Assembly (NCBI GenBank): GCA_030770535.1
Contig: JASVEC010000002.1
Coordinates: 620,001 to 684,000 of the forward strand
From: Batkoa obscura
Lineage: Eukaryota
Reading direction: 5' to 3'
Length of the DNA: 64,000 nt
A program made the position numbers and the translations under genes. Of this stretch, positions 15,026 to 28,222 are shown one piece after another (position 1 is the stretch's first letter; each line of letters starts with the position of its first letter). A model generated the notes under the pieces. The model searched no databases and had not been told where the DNA came from. It saw only the letters and a program-made list of their open reading frames with translations.

Positions 15026-16291
15026 CGTAGTTAAGACAACCAACCAAATTACTTAGTCAAAGCCAAGGTAGCCAATCAAAATGTTTAGAAAATACCAACT
15101 CACGCAACAAAAGCTATCGAATTGTTAATCCCACAACTTAACTTTTAAAAAGAAAAGTTACTAGTGAAACTGGATTTATCTAATCAACTTTATCGACTGT
15201 ACTTTACAGGATCACATGTTTAGTATATTTCGTAACAATGTTTAACAACATTGAAAACTTCATAAGGTTGGTTGATGATGGTTAGCACGGTCTCTAAAAA
15301 GGGAAGGGTTTACTTAGGCTTTATGTCTTTGTAAAAGTTGATGATCTTGTCGGTTCATATTCCAGAGCCTGACATGGAGATGTGTGCCATCTGACAGCTT
15401 TAAAAAAATAATAATCTTAGTTTTTAACTGAATTAGTTGTATGAAAATAAATGTATAATACATTTAACTTTGAGTAGCCAAGAAACTACTTTAAAATAAA
15501 TTTTGGCTTTATGAACCAAGTGTATATATTTTTTGAGCAAACCCAAGTTTGTAAAAGTACAAAATTGCAACAAAGTATTTCGCATTAAAATAATCTTGTC
15601 CATAGGCATAGGAAATATATTATGCTGTAACCAGTAATGAACTCTGTATTTAATCAAAAAGCTATGATTACTTAAAATGATCTTATAATTAAGTTTAAAA
15701 CAAATTTCAAAATCCTTCATTAATATACTTAATTCATTTATGATAAAAATATTGATCATTTAACAAGGATTTTATTTAAAACGTATAATGGAATTTGAAG
15801 TTGATAGCATTTTTATTAAGACAATCTTAGTCTATCGATTTCTATTTTATTTTTGAATGCATTTTGTGTCTAATCTTCAATCATACATTGAATTTTTAAC
15901 ACATTACTAATTGAACATTCTATAAAGTTATTCTTATTATGCTATTTATTAATATTAATATCTATGTAAAAATGAAATGTTATGATTCGGTTTATATTGA
16001 TATAGCGATGATATGATCTAAACTCAATTTAATGTTTAAAAAATATATTAGAAAACATAATAATAAAGAAAACTAAATATTTAGTTTGCAATGATTATTG
16101 ATAATTTTGTTATAATTTGAGCATTTGATGAATTTAAATATCACATTTGTTTAGTTTTATACCTTAAATAGAAAGCAACTTAGTTTGCATAAACTTATAA
16201 AAGTATTATTTCAATATGACAAGGTACTTTTGAAAGAAATTGACATATAAATAGCAATCATAAACTCAGTAATTTCTAACTTTGAAACATT

Positions 16292-17249
16292 ATGTCAACC
16301 TCAAGCATCTCAAAACACTATCAAAACATAGCAATTGCAGGTGGAACTGGAGAACTGGGCCATTATCTCGTGGAAGAATTCTTAAAAGACAAAGATCTTA
16401 AAGTAACAATCTTAACCCGAGCTTCTAGTGAAAATGATACCAAAAAAGAATTGAAAGATAGCTTTATTAAGCAAGGTGGACAGATTGTGGAAGTGAATTA
16501 TAATAACCAAGACAGTGTTTTAAAAGCGCTGATAGACATTGATGTAGTAATAGTAACTTTAAGCCTTCCAGACCTTGTCAAAGCAAGCGTTACTTTGATT
16601 GATGCTTCTGTTAAAGCCAATGTTAAATTATTCATACCTTCTGAGTTTGGTGCTAAAGTAGAAGGGTAAGTTAAGTTGTATATTTGACATTAATTAGATG
16701 TTTGAGTTTTTATTTGTTAGAGTAGATAATCCATTCACTTTACCAAAAAAAGAAGTTAGAAGTCACCTTGAAAGTTCTGGTTTAGATTATATTTATTATA
16801 ACAATGGTTTCTTTATGGAACATTTGCTATCTGAATTATTTGGTATTGATGTTCCAAACCATAAAGCTAAAATTGTTGGGAGTGGGGAAACAAAGCTGAC
16901 TATTACTAGTGTAAAAGATGTGGCTAAATGTGTTGTAAATACCTATTTCCTTCCAGGAGTAAAAAATAAATTTGTTAATATCGTTGGAGAAAATACATGC
17001 TTAAATGAAGTATTAAAAAACATATCAGAAATTAGTAATAAACCTTTTGAAGTTGAAAAAATTACCTTAGAGGAAGCCGAGGACGTTATTAATGCTAAGG
17101 ATACTGAGTTAATGACACAAATATCTTATTTGTTTAAGAGAGATATTGAAAAAGGTTATTGTTATCTTGCTGGAAATTTCAACCATTTTTTTCCTGGCTT
17201 TAAGTTTGTATCCATAAAAGAGTATGTTAAACAAACTTTTTTTAACTAA
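16292..17249 (+). CDS. NmrA/isoflavone-reductase-like NAD(P)-binding protein (intron 16666-16720)
   Basis: IAIAGGTGELG Rossmann motif, FIPSEFG, K..V...L, NGFFME and TSVKDVA motifs; a GT-AG intron joins the two ORFs in frame. Confidence 0.92.
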
Positions 17250-18039
17250 AATAAATATGAATCCAGCTTTTCTTTGTTATTACTATTTTTATAATCCTTC
17301 ATTTACAATCTGGCTTTTTTACAAGTTTATGTTGATATAACACATTGTACTTATATTCTACGTAAAATCTCAATAATTTTCATAATATGTGGTAATTAAA
17401 ATTAAAATGAAATACAAGCTACTTTTCTTGAAATGCAACCATAAAAGTCACTTATAATGCTGACAATTAAAACTTATTAAAGAGACTGAAGAGTCTGGTT
17501 ATTAAGGCCATAATTCAAATAATGTTTTCACTACCTTTTAACATCTTCCAGTAAATAAACTTGATTGAATAATAAATCATCGTTTTACTATAATAAAAGA
17601 TGGCTCTCATTTGTTAAAATAAGACTATGGAAATTTATTAAACTCCAATAATAAGTCATTTTGTAATAATTCAAGATATTAATAGCTTTTATTAAAACAG
17701 AAATCAGATAATGATTTATACTAATATTTAGCGAAATTCAAGGTAGAAAAACTTTGAGATACTTAATATAGACAAGTAAATTGATAATGTATTTATATTT
17801 TTGTCTAATCTAAGCCATCTTTTCAAAAGGTATCAGTCTATGTATAGATTGTTAGATTTAATTAGATTTTAAAACAGTATAAGCACCTAACACTATTAAA
17901 TGAATCAATCTTTTATTTAGTACTTATTTTTTATTTTAGAGTCAAACGGTTTTTCAAATTATACTATTGAAATCGGAATAATATTTTCATAAAGATATAA
18001 AGCAAACATCTACATAGTTAATATGATAATAAAACATTT

Positions 18040-18136
18040 GGGGATGTTTTTTTGATTTCACTACTTTTACGTTTTTTAAGCGCTATTTGAGCGGAAAGAT
18101 TGTTAGTAAAATTCCTAAACAAAAAAATATATTCTC
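18040..18136 (+). mobile_element. MITE copy
   Basis: GGGGATGT...ATATTCTC, TSD ATTT/ATTT. Confidence 0.86.
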
Positions 18137-18199
18137 ATTTTATTGGTTAAATTAAGATTTATATACAACCAAAATACCAAATGGTAATCCTTAGAATAT

Positions 18200-18271
18200 G
18201 GATCCATGGTGTAATGGTTAGCACCCAAGGTTTTGATCCTTGTAATCCGAGTTCGATTCTCGGTGGGTCCT
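18200..18271 (+). tRNA. tRNA-Gln (TTG)
   Basis: Cloverleaf with GGATCCA/TGGGTCC acceptor stem, CAAGG-TTTTGAT-CCTTG anticodon arm and GTTCGATTC T-loop. Confidence 0.96.
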
Positions 18272-18304
18272 TCAAGGCATATTTTTCTACAATAGAATTT
18301 GTAT

Positions 18305-18396
18305 TGAACTATCTTTTTTGGCTTCATTACTTTGTTGGTTTTTAAGCACTATTGAGTGGAAAAGCTGAGTAGTAGAATCTAAAAAAAGACATGTCC
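18305..18396 (+). mobile_element. Degenerate MITE copy
   Basis: TTTTTGGCTTCATTAC..TAAGCACTATTGAGTGGAAAA core; right end ACATGTCC-ATAT; left TIR eroded. Confidence 0.7.
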
Positions 18397-18721
18397 ATAT
18401 TAAGATTTTTGTTAGTTTTTGTTTTAATGTTAAACTACATTGATATTTTTCAATATTTATATTTTTCAAATATTTCATATTCAATCATTATCCATTTGCA
18501 TTATATTAAGTCATCACTACCACTGTCCAATAATTTGATCCATATTGAAATTAAATTATCCTCAGAAATTAGCAATAAAATAAGCTATTTTGAAAAAAAA
18601 TAAAGCTGTCAATTGACTAAAAATAGCAACTTAGCTTATCATAGTTTTTTTAACGTTAATAAAAAGAATGATTATATTATAATTTGATCAATTCCTCCAT
18701 CTTATCTTTTTATCAAACTTA

Positions 18722-20265
18722 ATGCCACAAGACATAAAATCAAATTTAAATACACCATTGATGGATGAGCGATATGTTAACTACAGTGAAGGAGAAGAAG
18801 GAAATGGTCGAGCACAAGGAAGTGGTTACGCACTAATAGAATCTGGAGAATCTGAACTCAAACAAAGTATTGATGACCCATATTGTTTACTCTATATCAC
18901 TTTTTTCATGTTAGGGGTAGCTATGTTGTTACCTTGGAATGGTAGGTTTTACCGTTTATTTTTATTATATTTTTATCATTTCTTTTTAAATGATTTCAAT
19001 TGAAATTGGGTATTAATATACTTTTTAATTATGATTAGTTTTCATCACAGCTACCAGTTTCTTTTCTTATAAATTTAAAAACAGTCGCTATGAAACCAAT
19101 TTCAATGGTTGGTTTTCAGTTATTGGGTCAACAACTAATCTATTGTTTTTATTTTATTCATTAGGAAGTCAAAGGAAGGTAAGTATTTTTTTATGAACAC
19201 ATCCTTGCATAAATAACATTAATATTTAATTAACTCATATATTAATAGTCTAGATTATATACCCGTAGTTTGACCAGTATATTTTATTTAACACTCTGTT
19301 TTATTTTCATGTTAATATTTACTCAAACCAATTTCCTTCCTGAAACTAATTTTTATATATCAATCCTCTTACTCTTTTTATCCATTTCAAGTGCTTCTTT
19401 TTTAAATAGTGACGGTCTCGCTTTAGCCTCTACTTTTGGTAGTAATTATGTACAAGCTAGTTTAATGGGCCAAGCATTGGCAGGATTAGCGGTAGCTATT
19501 GCTCAATTGGGGATTGCTTATCATGGTCAAATGAATTTGATTCAATTACCAGAAGAATTAATTTTGAACCAAGGTTATTATTATTTTTTAACAGCAGTAA
19601 TGACAAGTTTATTAACCTTTGTTTGTTTTTTTGGTTCAAGAAAACATCCACAGTTTATGTTAATTAAAATGGAATTAAAAGATGATCATGAGCTAAGTTT
19701 TTCAGAATTGATCAAAGAGAAAGTTAATGAATGTAAAGTTTTAATTAATGAAAACGGGAAGCTTTTAATAAGTTTATTGCTTACATTTATTGTTACCTTA
19801 TCTTTATTTCCTGCTATTACGACCACAATTACATCAACGAATAATGACACCTTTATATCGATTTATTTTATTGAAATAGGCTTTATTATCTACAATCTAG
19901 GTGATTTATTAGGTCGTTATTTACCTTCTATATCAACTCTATTCATTACCAATACAAAGCATTTACTCCTTGCTTCTATCTTAAGATTTCTCTTTGTACC
20001 TTTATTTTTATGGAGTAATACTAAGTTAGGAACAAATCATTATTTGGGAAATGATGTTCTATTTTTCACTTTGATGTTATTGTTCGCAACGACCAATGGT
20101 TATTTAGGCACTATGACTATGATATTAGGCCCTAGTACAACTAATGTAGAATCAAGACCTACCATGGCATCCCTTATGGCACTTACATTAACTTTAGGTT
20201 TATCCATAGGCTCTTCTATGTCCTTTATTTGGTTGGCAATCGCTTGTCAATGTAATCCATTTTAA
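18722..20265 (+). CDS. Equilibrative nucleoside transporter (ENT/SLC29, Fun26-like); introns ~18942-19038 and ~19179-19247
   Basis: LGVAMLLPWN|VFITA, GQALAG, TLSLFP, NLGDLLGR, RFLFVPLF and TNGY motifs; ~11 TM segments. Confidence 0.92.
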
Positions 20266-20385
20266 TATATATCTATAATTCTTATTTAAACTTGTGTATT
20301 ATTAAATGAAAGCATGCATTATTAAACTATCAAATTTTATTTATTTAAGAAAAAATAATTTTATTATAATTAATAATGGCAATTA

Positions 20386-21138
20386 TTAACGTCTATCTTT
20401 AGGAATTACATAAGTACATTCAGCAGTTCCAACTAATTCATCAAATTGATTAAATATCTTTGCAGATAATACAGCTTTATAGGGTTTACTTTTACTATCT
20501 TCATAATCAATTATAAATTTAACAAAAGTATCCGCATTTGGTAATTCCTTCATTCCCTCCGCATTAAACTCCGTACTTAAATTAACAGTAAACATATTTC
20601 TATTTTTTCCATTACTAGTAGATAATACTGCTACTCTGTAAAAGGCTTCATCTAACATATGAGTTAAAATCCCTTGATGAATCCTATCATCATGATCTAC
20701 TGCTTTGGTACCAATATAATGAACTTCAATACCTTGTTTTTTTTCTTTATTAAAAAACATCCTTGGTAATAAAGCTAAAATATTATCTTTATAATAATAA
20801 TTAAATGTAATATGATCATCTGATATCAACCCCTTAACTATTCTTTCAACTATCATTTCACCTATATCATCAAATGAGGTATTGGATTCAAGTTCGGTTG
20901 TCCATGGATGGGAGTGAAGTTTGTTACTTATATCTGAACCTGGAGATTGATATTGTCGGTAAACCTCTCCGCCAATTAAACCTCCACTTAATAACAATCC
21001 CCCTGCTTTCCAGGATGCTAAAAAAGGTTCATTTGATTGTTTCAATGGAATTGTACTACTGGTTGGACGTGTATTAGTTAGTCTATGAGTGATATATTTT
21101 AATTGGTTTAATGAACGTGGTTTTAAAACTGTAAACAT
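20386..21138 (-). CDS. Hotdog-fold acyl-CoA thioesterase-like protein (THEM4/PaaI-like), probably mitochondrial
   Basis: IHQGILTHMLDE resembles HGG..ATLLDE; FTVNLSTEF strand; basic/hydroxylated N-terminus followed by one hydrophobic segment. Confidence 0.75.
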   Translation of the reverse strand: MFTVLKPRSLNQLKYITHRLTNTRPTSSTIPLKQSNEPFLASWKAGGLLLSGGLIGGEVYRQYQSPGSDISNKLHSHPWTTELESNTSFDDIGEMIVERIVKGLISDDHITFNYYYKDNILALLPRMFFNKEKKQGIEVHYIGTKAVDHDDRIHQGILTHMLDEAFYRVAVLSTSNGKNRNMFTVNLSTEFNAEGMKELPNADTFVKFIIDYEDSKSKPYKAVLSAKIFNQFDELVGTAECTYVIPKDRR

Positions 21139-22109
21139 TGTTTTATTTATATGAATGAGAAGTTGGAGTTTGAATTGTTATACTATTTAATCGAAATAAA
21201 ATGGAGAAGATAAATGTCGATAAATTTGAAAATAAATATTAAATAGTTAAAATATAGAATATAGAAAAAAAAGACCTTTTTCAAGTTACTCTTTATAGTG
21301 GTGCTTTCTATTTATAGTCCAAAGTTTCGAAAGTGAAATTTTTAATTTAATTTTTCGTATTTATTGCGCGAATTCAAAGATAGTATCATTTCACACTTAA
21401 CCAATTAAATAGGAATATTTCAATACGAGTGTAAAAATTTGCTAATTTAAAAAATGAAGTCATTTGGATTATTTTTATTAATATAGAAATTAAGGATTGT
21501 TTTTTTGTTTAGGCTAATTCGTTAGATATTTAATTAAAAGGGGTTGACTAGTTGTTATTGTTTGTTTTTATTTATTTATATTGAGTTTAATGTATGCGTT
21601 TTACGACTTAGTTTTCATATTTTCATATTTAATATTCATTTTATTAATGTTTAAAATGGACCCCATCGTTTATTTTTATTGTATTAAGTAAGCGTATGTA
21701 AATTAACATTTAACTTAACAAAATGAAATTAATAATCTAAATTTTTAGAACAAAATAGAATATTATCCCAAGTAATAATGATTTTACATAAAGTAATTAT
21801 TGTGCTAAATAGGGGGAATATTGATTTTTAACATTAGTCAACTAATTTCTTGTATATAGTTAAATGTAGGTGAGAGCTAAAACTTGACAAATAAAATAGA
21901 TTAATAAGGTGGCAACTCACCCTTTTATTGGTATTATGAATCTAGAAATAAAAGCTTCCCTTTTTTATCATAGTTCTGAAATTTAAAATATTTTTAAATT
22001 TGCTTATTAATATTTTTTACTCATTTTTAATTCAAATTTCAAATGAGCAATTGTCAATTTGTTATGTTTAAAAACCAAAAAATCAACTTTATTAATCACT
22101 CAACTCTAT

Positions 22110-23624
22110 CTACTCTGTCTGCAATATCAAATTATGAACCCTAGTAGCTCTCTCCAACTTAATAAAAAATAAACAAATAACCCCAGCTGCTAAAAGTCCA
22201 AATACTAAATAATAACCTAATCTAATTTGATTTGTAGTATTAACAATAGCCCCAAGAGATATTGAACCAATCCAAGAAGTCCCTTTATAAGAAATTAGAT
22301 AAATAGCAAAAAACATTGCATCTTTTGATTTGGGTAACATTTGAGAATACAAAGCTCGATGATAGCATTGTATTGTAGCATAAATGGAGAATAAAAATAA
22401 ATAATAGATATAATACTCTACTTTGCTTTTGATTCCAACAGAAAGATATAGTCCAAATAAACCCCAGATTGGAAAGATTAATGAAAATAATGAGAGATAA
22501 TTTGTTAGGTTAAGAATATTGAGTTGCTTTGGAAACCACTTTTTTAGAAAATATAATATTGTTACTGCTACACCTTCAACTAAAGGACCAATAGCATTAA
22601 TTAATAAAGTATCACTTGAAGTAATTGCTAACTCTCTACGACCAACAAAAATTGCTGTTGATATTCCAGTTGATAATCCGTCAGATAAGAAAAACCAAGA
22701 AACTAAACCCAACCAAATATCTTTATATTGTTTGAAATTTATAATAATTTTATAAATTTCTATTATAGAGTAAGTAAATATATTTTGATCATTTGGTATT
22801 GATGGGAATTTGTATTTAGGGAGATAAATGTAAGATATCAAGCCTAATATTAACCAAAACAACCCAGGAAGACTAACTCCTAATTGTAAACTAAAAATAC
22901 TATTATTGTTATTTAAGGATATTAATGAACTTGTTAATGATATTCCAAAAGTTAATAACATAGCTAAGCTAAATGGATTGGCTGATAACTCTGTTGTTAT
23001 TGAATCTTTAATCTTTTTAACTTCTTTGTCACTATTACACTCCATTACTCTTTGATCAAAATTTGCAAAAAATGAAATATAAGATAAGAAGAAAGCAGAT
23101 GCAATTACTGTTGATACATTAGCTAACATACACAATATAATCAATACCACATAGTTAGAACTATTAATTAATGCAATGATACTGGAACTTATACTACCTA
23201 ATATTGTAAATACCAATAAAAAATAACTTCGATAGTTTCCATGATCTGCTAACCCAGAAAATAAAATCAAAAATAAAGCTTGAAATATTGTTGTAATTCC
23301 ATTGATATATAATACTGCTGAAGTATTGGGAATCATTAAGGTATTGATTTTTAAATAGCATATATCTTTCCCATTACATTGAGTAAGACCATCAGCTAGA
23401 TAGCCGTTTTCAGTGATTAAACTATCAAGTAAACTTGGGATAACATGGACGGCAGTTAAGGCATAGGGAAGAAACTAGAGAGTTAGAGAGTTAATTTTGA
23501 GATCATTGTGAAGTTGAACAATTAAACTTACACCCAAAGTATGTAAATAAAAAGCATATTTATGTTTTCTTGTTGTATAAAATGGATCTTCATTCTTAGT
23601 TTGTTGAAAAGATAAAGATTTCAT
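22110..23624 (-). CDS. ATG22: Atg22-like vacuolar amino-acid efflux MFS transporter (intron 23475-23531)
   Basis: SGLADHGNYR, SWFFLSDGLST, RALYSQMLP and KGTSWIG motifs; upstream exon MKSLSFQ...HTLG joins in frame; luminal C..C loop. Confidence 0.85.
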
Positions 23625-24221
23625 TATTATAAAAACAAATAATTTTCGAAGTTTGTTGATTATATAGGTTCTAGTTGTGAATGGTTTTATACGATTGGTT
23701 GAACAGACCCTTTTTATAGAATTTCAGACTATTATCCCCTTTGATTATTATGTAAACTGGAGTTATTATTGAAGATGAGCGTTTATTGGATTTGATAAGC
23801 ATTATTTGAAAATTTAGGATTTTGGACTTATTTAGTATAATTAATTGCTGTTTTGTTAGTGAATAAATGTATGATGAGATAAAGCTATTTTATAAAATAA
23901 GAATTTATATTGATTTCTGTTGTACTTTATTTGAAGTATTGTATAATATCAATATAAAGTATTTAACTCATATTATAACTAAAATTAAAAATATACAAGT
24001 ACTCTTCCGAGTGTCCTTTATGAAATTGATGAATTTGTTAGCATTAATCAAATAGTATTATTAGTTGTATTTTTGAATATTAAAGAAATAAATATTATCA
24101 GCGTTATAATTGTTGAAAAAAGAAGATTATTAAGTAATTATAGTTTAATTGTTATTCTATTTATTTTAATACTATTTATAAGTTAAATAATATAAGAATG
24201 TATTTTTTATTTCAATGACTA

Positions 24222-24300
24222 AGGGGTGTGTTGGTTTCATTACTTTTCATTTTAAGTACTATTGAGTGGGAAAAATACTAGCAAATTTTTTAATTTTTTG
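24222..24300 (+). mobile_element. Degenerate MITE copy
   Basis: AGGGGTGT..TTGGTTTCATTACTTTT..TAAGTACTATTGAGTGGGAAAA; right end lost. Confidence 0.6.
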
Positions 24301-24339
24301 CTATGAAAAGTGGACAAAATAAATATAAAATGGAATAAA

Positions 24340-24423
24340 TATATAATAAAATAAATATAAAATAAATATAAAATAAATATAAAATAAATATAAAATAAAT
24401 ATAAAATAAATATAAAATAAAAT
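24340..24423. repeat. Tandem repeat (ATAAATATAAA)x~7
   Basis: 11-bp unit read directly; explains the spurious FILYLFYIY ORF. Confidence 0.9.
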
Positions 24424-25387
24424 AGCTGTAAATAAGCTTGCAAATTTTAAGTATTAATTATGTTTTATGTTAGTATTATTGTTGTTACTAAATAAATGTT
24501 ATTTTGAGACTTAAGTTATTACTAATATTTAACAATTGATTGTAACATAATAAGTTATTACTGTTGTAATAAAATAAATCTAAAATTATTTTATAAAATA
24601 ATAGCATTCAATTTATAATGCTATACAACAAATTTAATTTTACAAACAAAAACAATACACTATTGTTTAGTTAACAAAAACTATTTAATTGTTTAAAAGG
24701 TGTTATGATCCTAATATTTTACTAACGTTGTCTTTTTCTAACAATCTGTCTAGATATAGCTCAATAATGCTTTAGTCCTATACACTAATTGATGTATGTG
24801 ATTTTTACTATAGTTGATAAACAAATGCAGAATTAAAACACTTTAGGCTACAGAACCCCATAATTATTACTTGGTCATAAAGAAAAAAAATGTTATTGAT
24901 GCTACAAAGAATCTTGATTTTCCCTTTCTACCTCCTTTTGTTTGTTAAAATCAACCACTCGAAAGCTAGTTTTGACATTTTCGAAAAAAGTTGAAGGGAA
25001 GAATTGATAAGTTAATAACAAAGCTTAAATTATGAAGCTTAAAAATATAGATACGTCCTTTATTATAGATACATTTAGGGATATGCCCTGACTATAAAAA
25101 TAGAAGCCTAAAAATAAAAGCTATCATCTACAATAACAGTTAAAGTTCTAAGTTATAGATTGTATCCCCATATTCCCAAATTTAGTTAAAGTCTAAGCTT
25201 CGAAATCACCAAATGGTTCTGAATTCAATCAAATCAGCGGTAAACTGAAAAAGACTGACGGATCATTTGATAACCACGTTTCAAAAGAGCATTTAAATTA
25301 AGTCATTGACTAAATATTATAAATAAACAAAGAGTATATAAATAAAATCAAAATTAATATATCAATTTTAACTTTATTTCATTCAAA

Positions 25388-27007
25388 ATGAATTTACTTT
25401 ATGTATTATTTTTAATCAATAGTATAATAAGTACTCCAAGCTTATTATTTCCAACACCTCAAGAATTTACAGAAGGAAAAAAGAGTGTCTTATTAAGTTC
25501 TGGTTTTAATATCCAAAGTAATAAAAACAGTGGTCGATTAAATCGTGTATTCTTTCGTATAATTCAACAAATTCAACAAGAAAAGTATGTCCCTATAGTA
25601 CCTAAGTTTCGAGGCACTTATTCAGATTATGATAAGGTTTTACGTCAATTGAATGTTAAAGTTGAAAACACTGATGATAAATTTGATGATGAAACGGATG
25701 AATCTTATATTCTTAATATTAAAGAAGATGGTAGTGGTACTTTAGAAGCTAAATCCGTTTATGGTGTTATTCGTGGCTTAGAATCTTTTCAACAAATGGT
25801 TCAATTTAAAAATGGAAAGAAGTTTATATCTAATACTCCTATTTATATTAAAGACTATCCAAAGTTACCACATCGTGGTTTGCTATTGGATACTAGTAGA
25901 AATTATTATCCGTTAGCCACTTTAAAGAAAACCATTGATGGATTAGGTTATAGTAAAATGAATGTATTTCACTGGCATCTTACGGATTCTAATAGTTTTC
26001 CATTTATGTCTAAAAAGCATCCAATATTATGGCAAAAAGGTTCTCTATTACCAGGACAAGTTTATTCAATGGAAGATATTAAAGAATTAGTTGAATATGG
26101 TTTAGATCGTGGTATTAGGATTATACCTGAATTAGAAGCACCTGCTCATTCTTATGCTATGGGAGTAGCTTATCCAGAAATTGGCGTATGTATGGATAAA
26201 GATGCTTGGTGGGATAATGCAATGCAACCACCCAGTGGACAAATTGATCCAACTAATCCTTTATCTAAAAAAATAGTTAATGATTTAATTGATGAATTCT
26301 CAACTGTCTTTAAAGATAAATATATGCATTTATCTGGAGATGAAGTTAATTTAAATTGTTGGAAGAGTTCACCTAAGATTGTGGATTATGTTAGTAAACA
26401 TAATGTTACTTATAATGATTTATTAGAATCTTTTGCTAAAGATATGCATAAAAGGGCTATGGATAATAAGAGAAAAGTCATGGTTTATCAAGAAATGCTA
26501 TTAAATCATAAAGTAGAATTACCCAAAGATAGTTTAATTCATGCCTGGTTAGATGCTTCGGATGCAAAAAAGATTGTTGATTTAGGTTATAAAGTAATTA
26601 GCTCTTCATATAAATACTGGTATTTAGATTGTGGACGTGGTGAATGGATTGGTGTAGGTACAGGGAATTCGTGGTGTGATCCTTATAAATCATGGCAAAT
26701 AATTTATAGTTATGATTTGTTTGATAAAATTGAACCAAATCAATATAAATTAATTCATGGTGGTGAAGTCGCTATGTGGAGTGAACAAACAGATCATTTT
26801 AATTTAGACCCTTTAATTTGGCCACGTACTGCTGTTGCTGGTGAAGTCCTTTGGTATGGTAATAAAGATAAAAGCAATCAAATGATTAGTCCAAAGTTTA
26901 TTTTGGATCGTTTAAATAACTTCCGCTTCCGTTTGACAGATCGTGGCTTTAATGCTCAAGCTCTTCAACCTCTTTGGTGTGTTTTAAATCCAGGACGTTG
27001 TGGTTAA
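25388..27007 (+). CDS. Secreted beta-N-acetylhexosaminidase (GH20)
   Basis: Signal peptide; HRGLLLDTSR, NVFHWHLTD, catalytic HLSGDE, WYLDCG, GGEVAMWSE and IWPR; intronless, 539 aa. Confidence 0.96.
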   Translation: MNLLYVLFLINSIISTPSLLFPTPQEFTEGKKSVLLSSGFNIQSNKNSGRLNRVFFRIIQQIQQEKYVPIVPKFRGTYSDYDKVLRQLNVKVENTDDKFDDETDESYILNIKEDGSGTLEAKSVYGVIRGLESFQQMVQFKNGKKFISNTPIYIKDYPKLPHRGLLLDTSRNYYPLATLKKTIDGLGYSKMNVFHWHLTDSNSFPFMSKKHPILWQKGSLLPGQVYSMEDIKELVEYGLDRGIRIIPELEAPAHSYAMGVAYPEIGVCMDKDAWWDNAMQPPSGQIDPTNPLSKKIVNDLIDEFSTVFKDKYMHLSGDEVNLNCWKSSPKIVDYVSKHNVTYNDLLESFAKDMHKRAMDNKRKVMVYQEMLLNHKVELPKDSLIHAWLDASDAKKIVDLGYKVISSSYKYWYLDCGRGEWIGVGTGNSWCDPYKSWQIIYSYDLFDKIEPNQYKLIHGGEVAMWSEQTDHFNLDPLIWPRTAVAGEVLWYGNKDKSNQMISPKFILDRLNNFRFRLTDRGFNAQALQPLWCVLNPGRCG

Positions 27008-27542
27008 AATAGGAAGAGTTCAGTATGATGCATTTCATAAAAAATTGTTTAGTTTATAGTTATTTTGTTTTATTTTTTGTCCACCTGTATAAATTTTGTA
27101 TACAATAATAGTTAATATAAATGATATGGTTGAATAATGAAACAAACAACAAGTGCTTTGTTTTTATTATTTTGATAACATATCAGACATTAAGTTAAAA
27201 GTATAGTTTATCTTTAAAAAAGCTATAGTAAAAGAATTAAAAGTACATAGAGGTTAAGATAGATCCAATAAAGAGTACAATGAGGATTTGATTTATAAAA
27301 CAGATAGCTAAACATAAAACAAGTGCTTTATTTAGTGTTATATTCAATAAAAATCAAGTTACCCAGCTTATAAAACAAAATGCTAATAAAATCAGGTGAT
27401 AGCTACTAATTTTAAAGATATTAAAGTTTATTTTTTAACTGTAATCAGCAAACTATCAATTTATGAAATTAAAAAAGTATACCTTTATTGGTCAGACAAT
27501 AGTTTAAATGAATTACTAAAAATATTAGTTTACTAAAGCATA

Positions 27543-27614
27543 AGGACCCACCGAGAATCGAACTCGGATTACAAGGATCAAAACCTTGGGTGCTAACCAT
27601 TACACCATGGATCC
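27543..27614 (-). tRNA. tRNA-Gln (TTG), identical to the copy at 18200
   Basis: Exact reverse complement of 18200-18271. Confidence 0.96.
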
Positions 27615-27929
27615 ATATTATGGAAATCCGTATATTATTATGTATTTATATGCCCACACTTTATTAATAAAATGTACAAGAGTTGTATTAAAACAGTCTT
27701 ATCATATTTTACGATGTTTTTTTAATAACTCTTTGGTTTATGATATGAAAAAAAATACAATAAATTTAATAATAAAGCGTAAAAATCTAAAATATTCAAC
27801 ATCAATAAAGTCATTAACTCTATTTCGAAATATAAAGCGCGTTATAAATATATTAATATGTAAAAATCACTTAAAAGTATTACATCATAGTTTGTTGTTA
27901 AACACCAATATAGCCCCTATTGAGGATAT

Positions 27930-28028
27930 GGGGATGTATTTTTGTGTTTAAGAATTTTACTAACAATTTTTCCACGCAAATAGTGCTTAAAAATGGAAAA
28001 AGTGATGAAGCCAAAAAAAAAATACTCC
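27930..28028 (-). mobile_element. MITE copy
   Basis: GGGGATGT...AATACTCC, flanks ATAT/ATAA. Confidence 0.85.
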
Positions 28029-28125
28029 ATAAGTATTAAATATAGATAACTTATTGATTAGGTCAAAATTTGTTTCAGGTCTTATCTTGACTTTCATATT
28101 TAATTTTTTGATCTTTATATTATAT

Positions 28126-28222
28126 GAGGATGCATTTTTGTGTTTAAGAATTTTACTAACAAATTTTCCGCTTAATAGTGCTTAAAAGATGGAAAAAGTA
28201 GTGAAGTCAAAAAAACATTCCC
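28126..28222 (-). mobile_element. MITE copy
   Basis: GAGGATGC...ACATTCCC, TSD ATAT/ATAT. Confidence 0.86.

Noticed and set aside
15433..15759. 108-aa ORF; similarly ORFs at 1994, 4540, 23867, 30403, 43463, 54406 and 60710
   Set aside because: AT-rich compositional ORFs (I/K/F/L/N-rich) with no motifs; 43463 overlaps a MITE.
18115..18327. ORF sharing GANHYTMDPY with ORF 27586-27951
   Set aside because: Both are antisense translations of the two identical tRNA-Gln genes.
24252..24443. 63-aa FILYLFYIY ORF
   Set aside because: Translation of an 11-bp tandem repeat plus MITE sequence.
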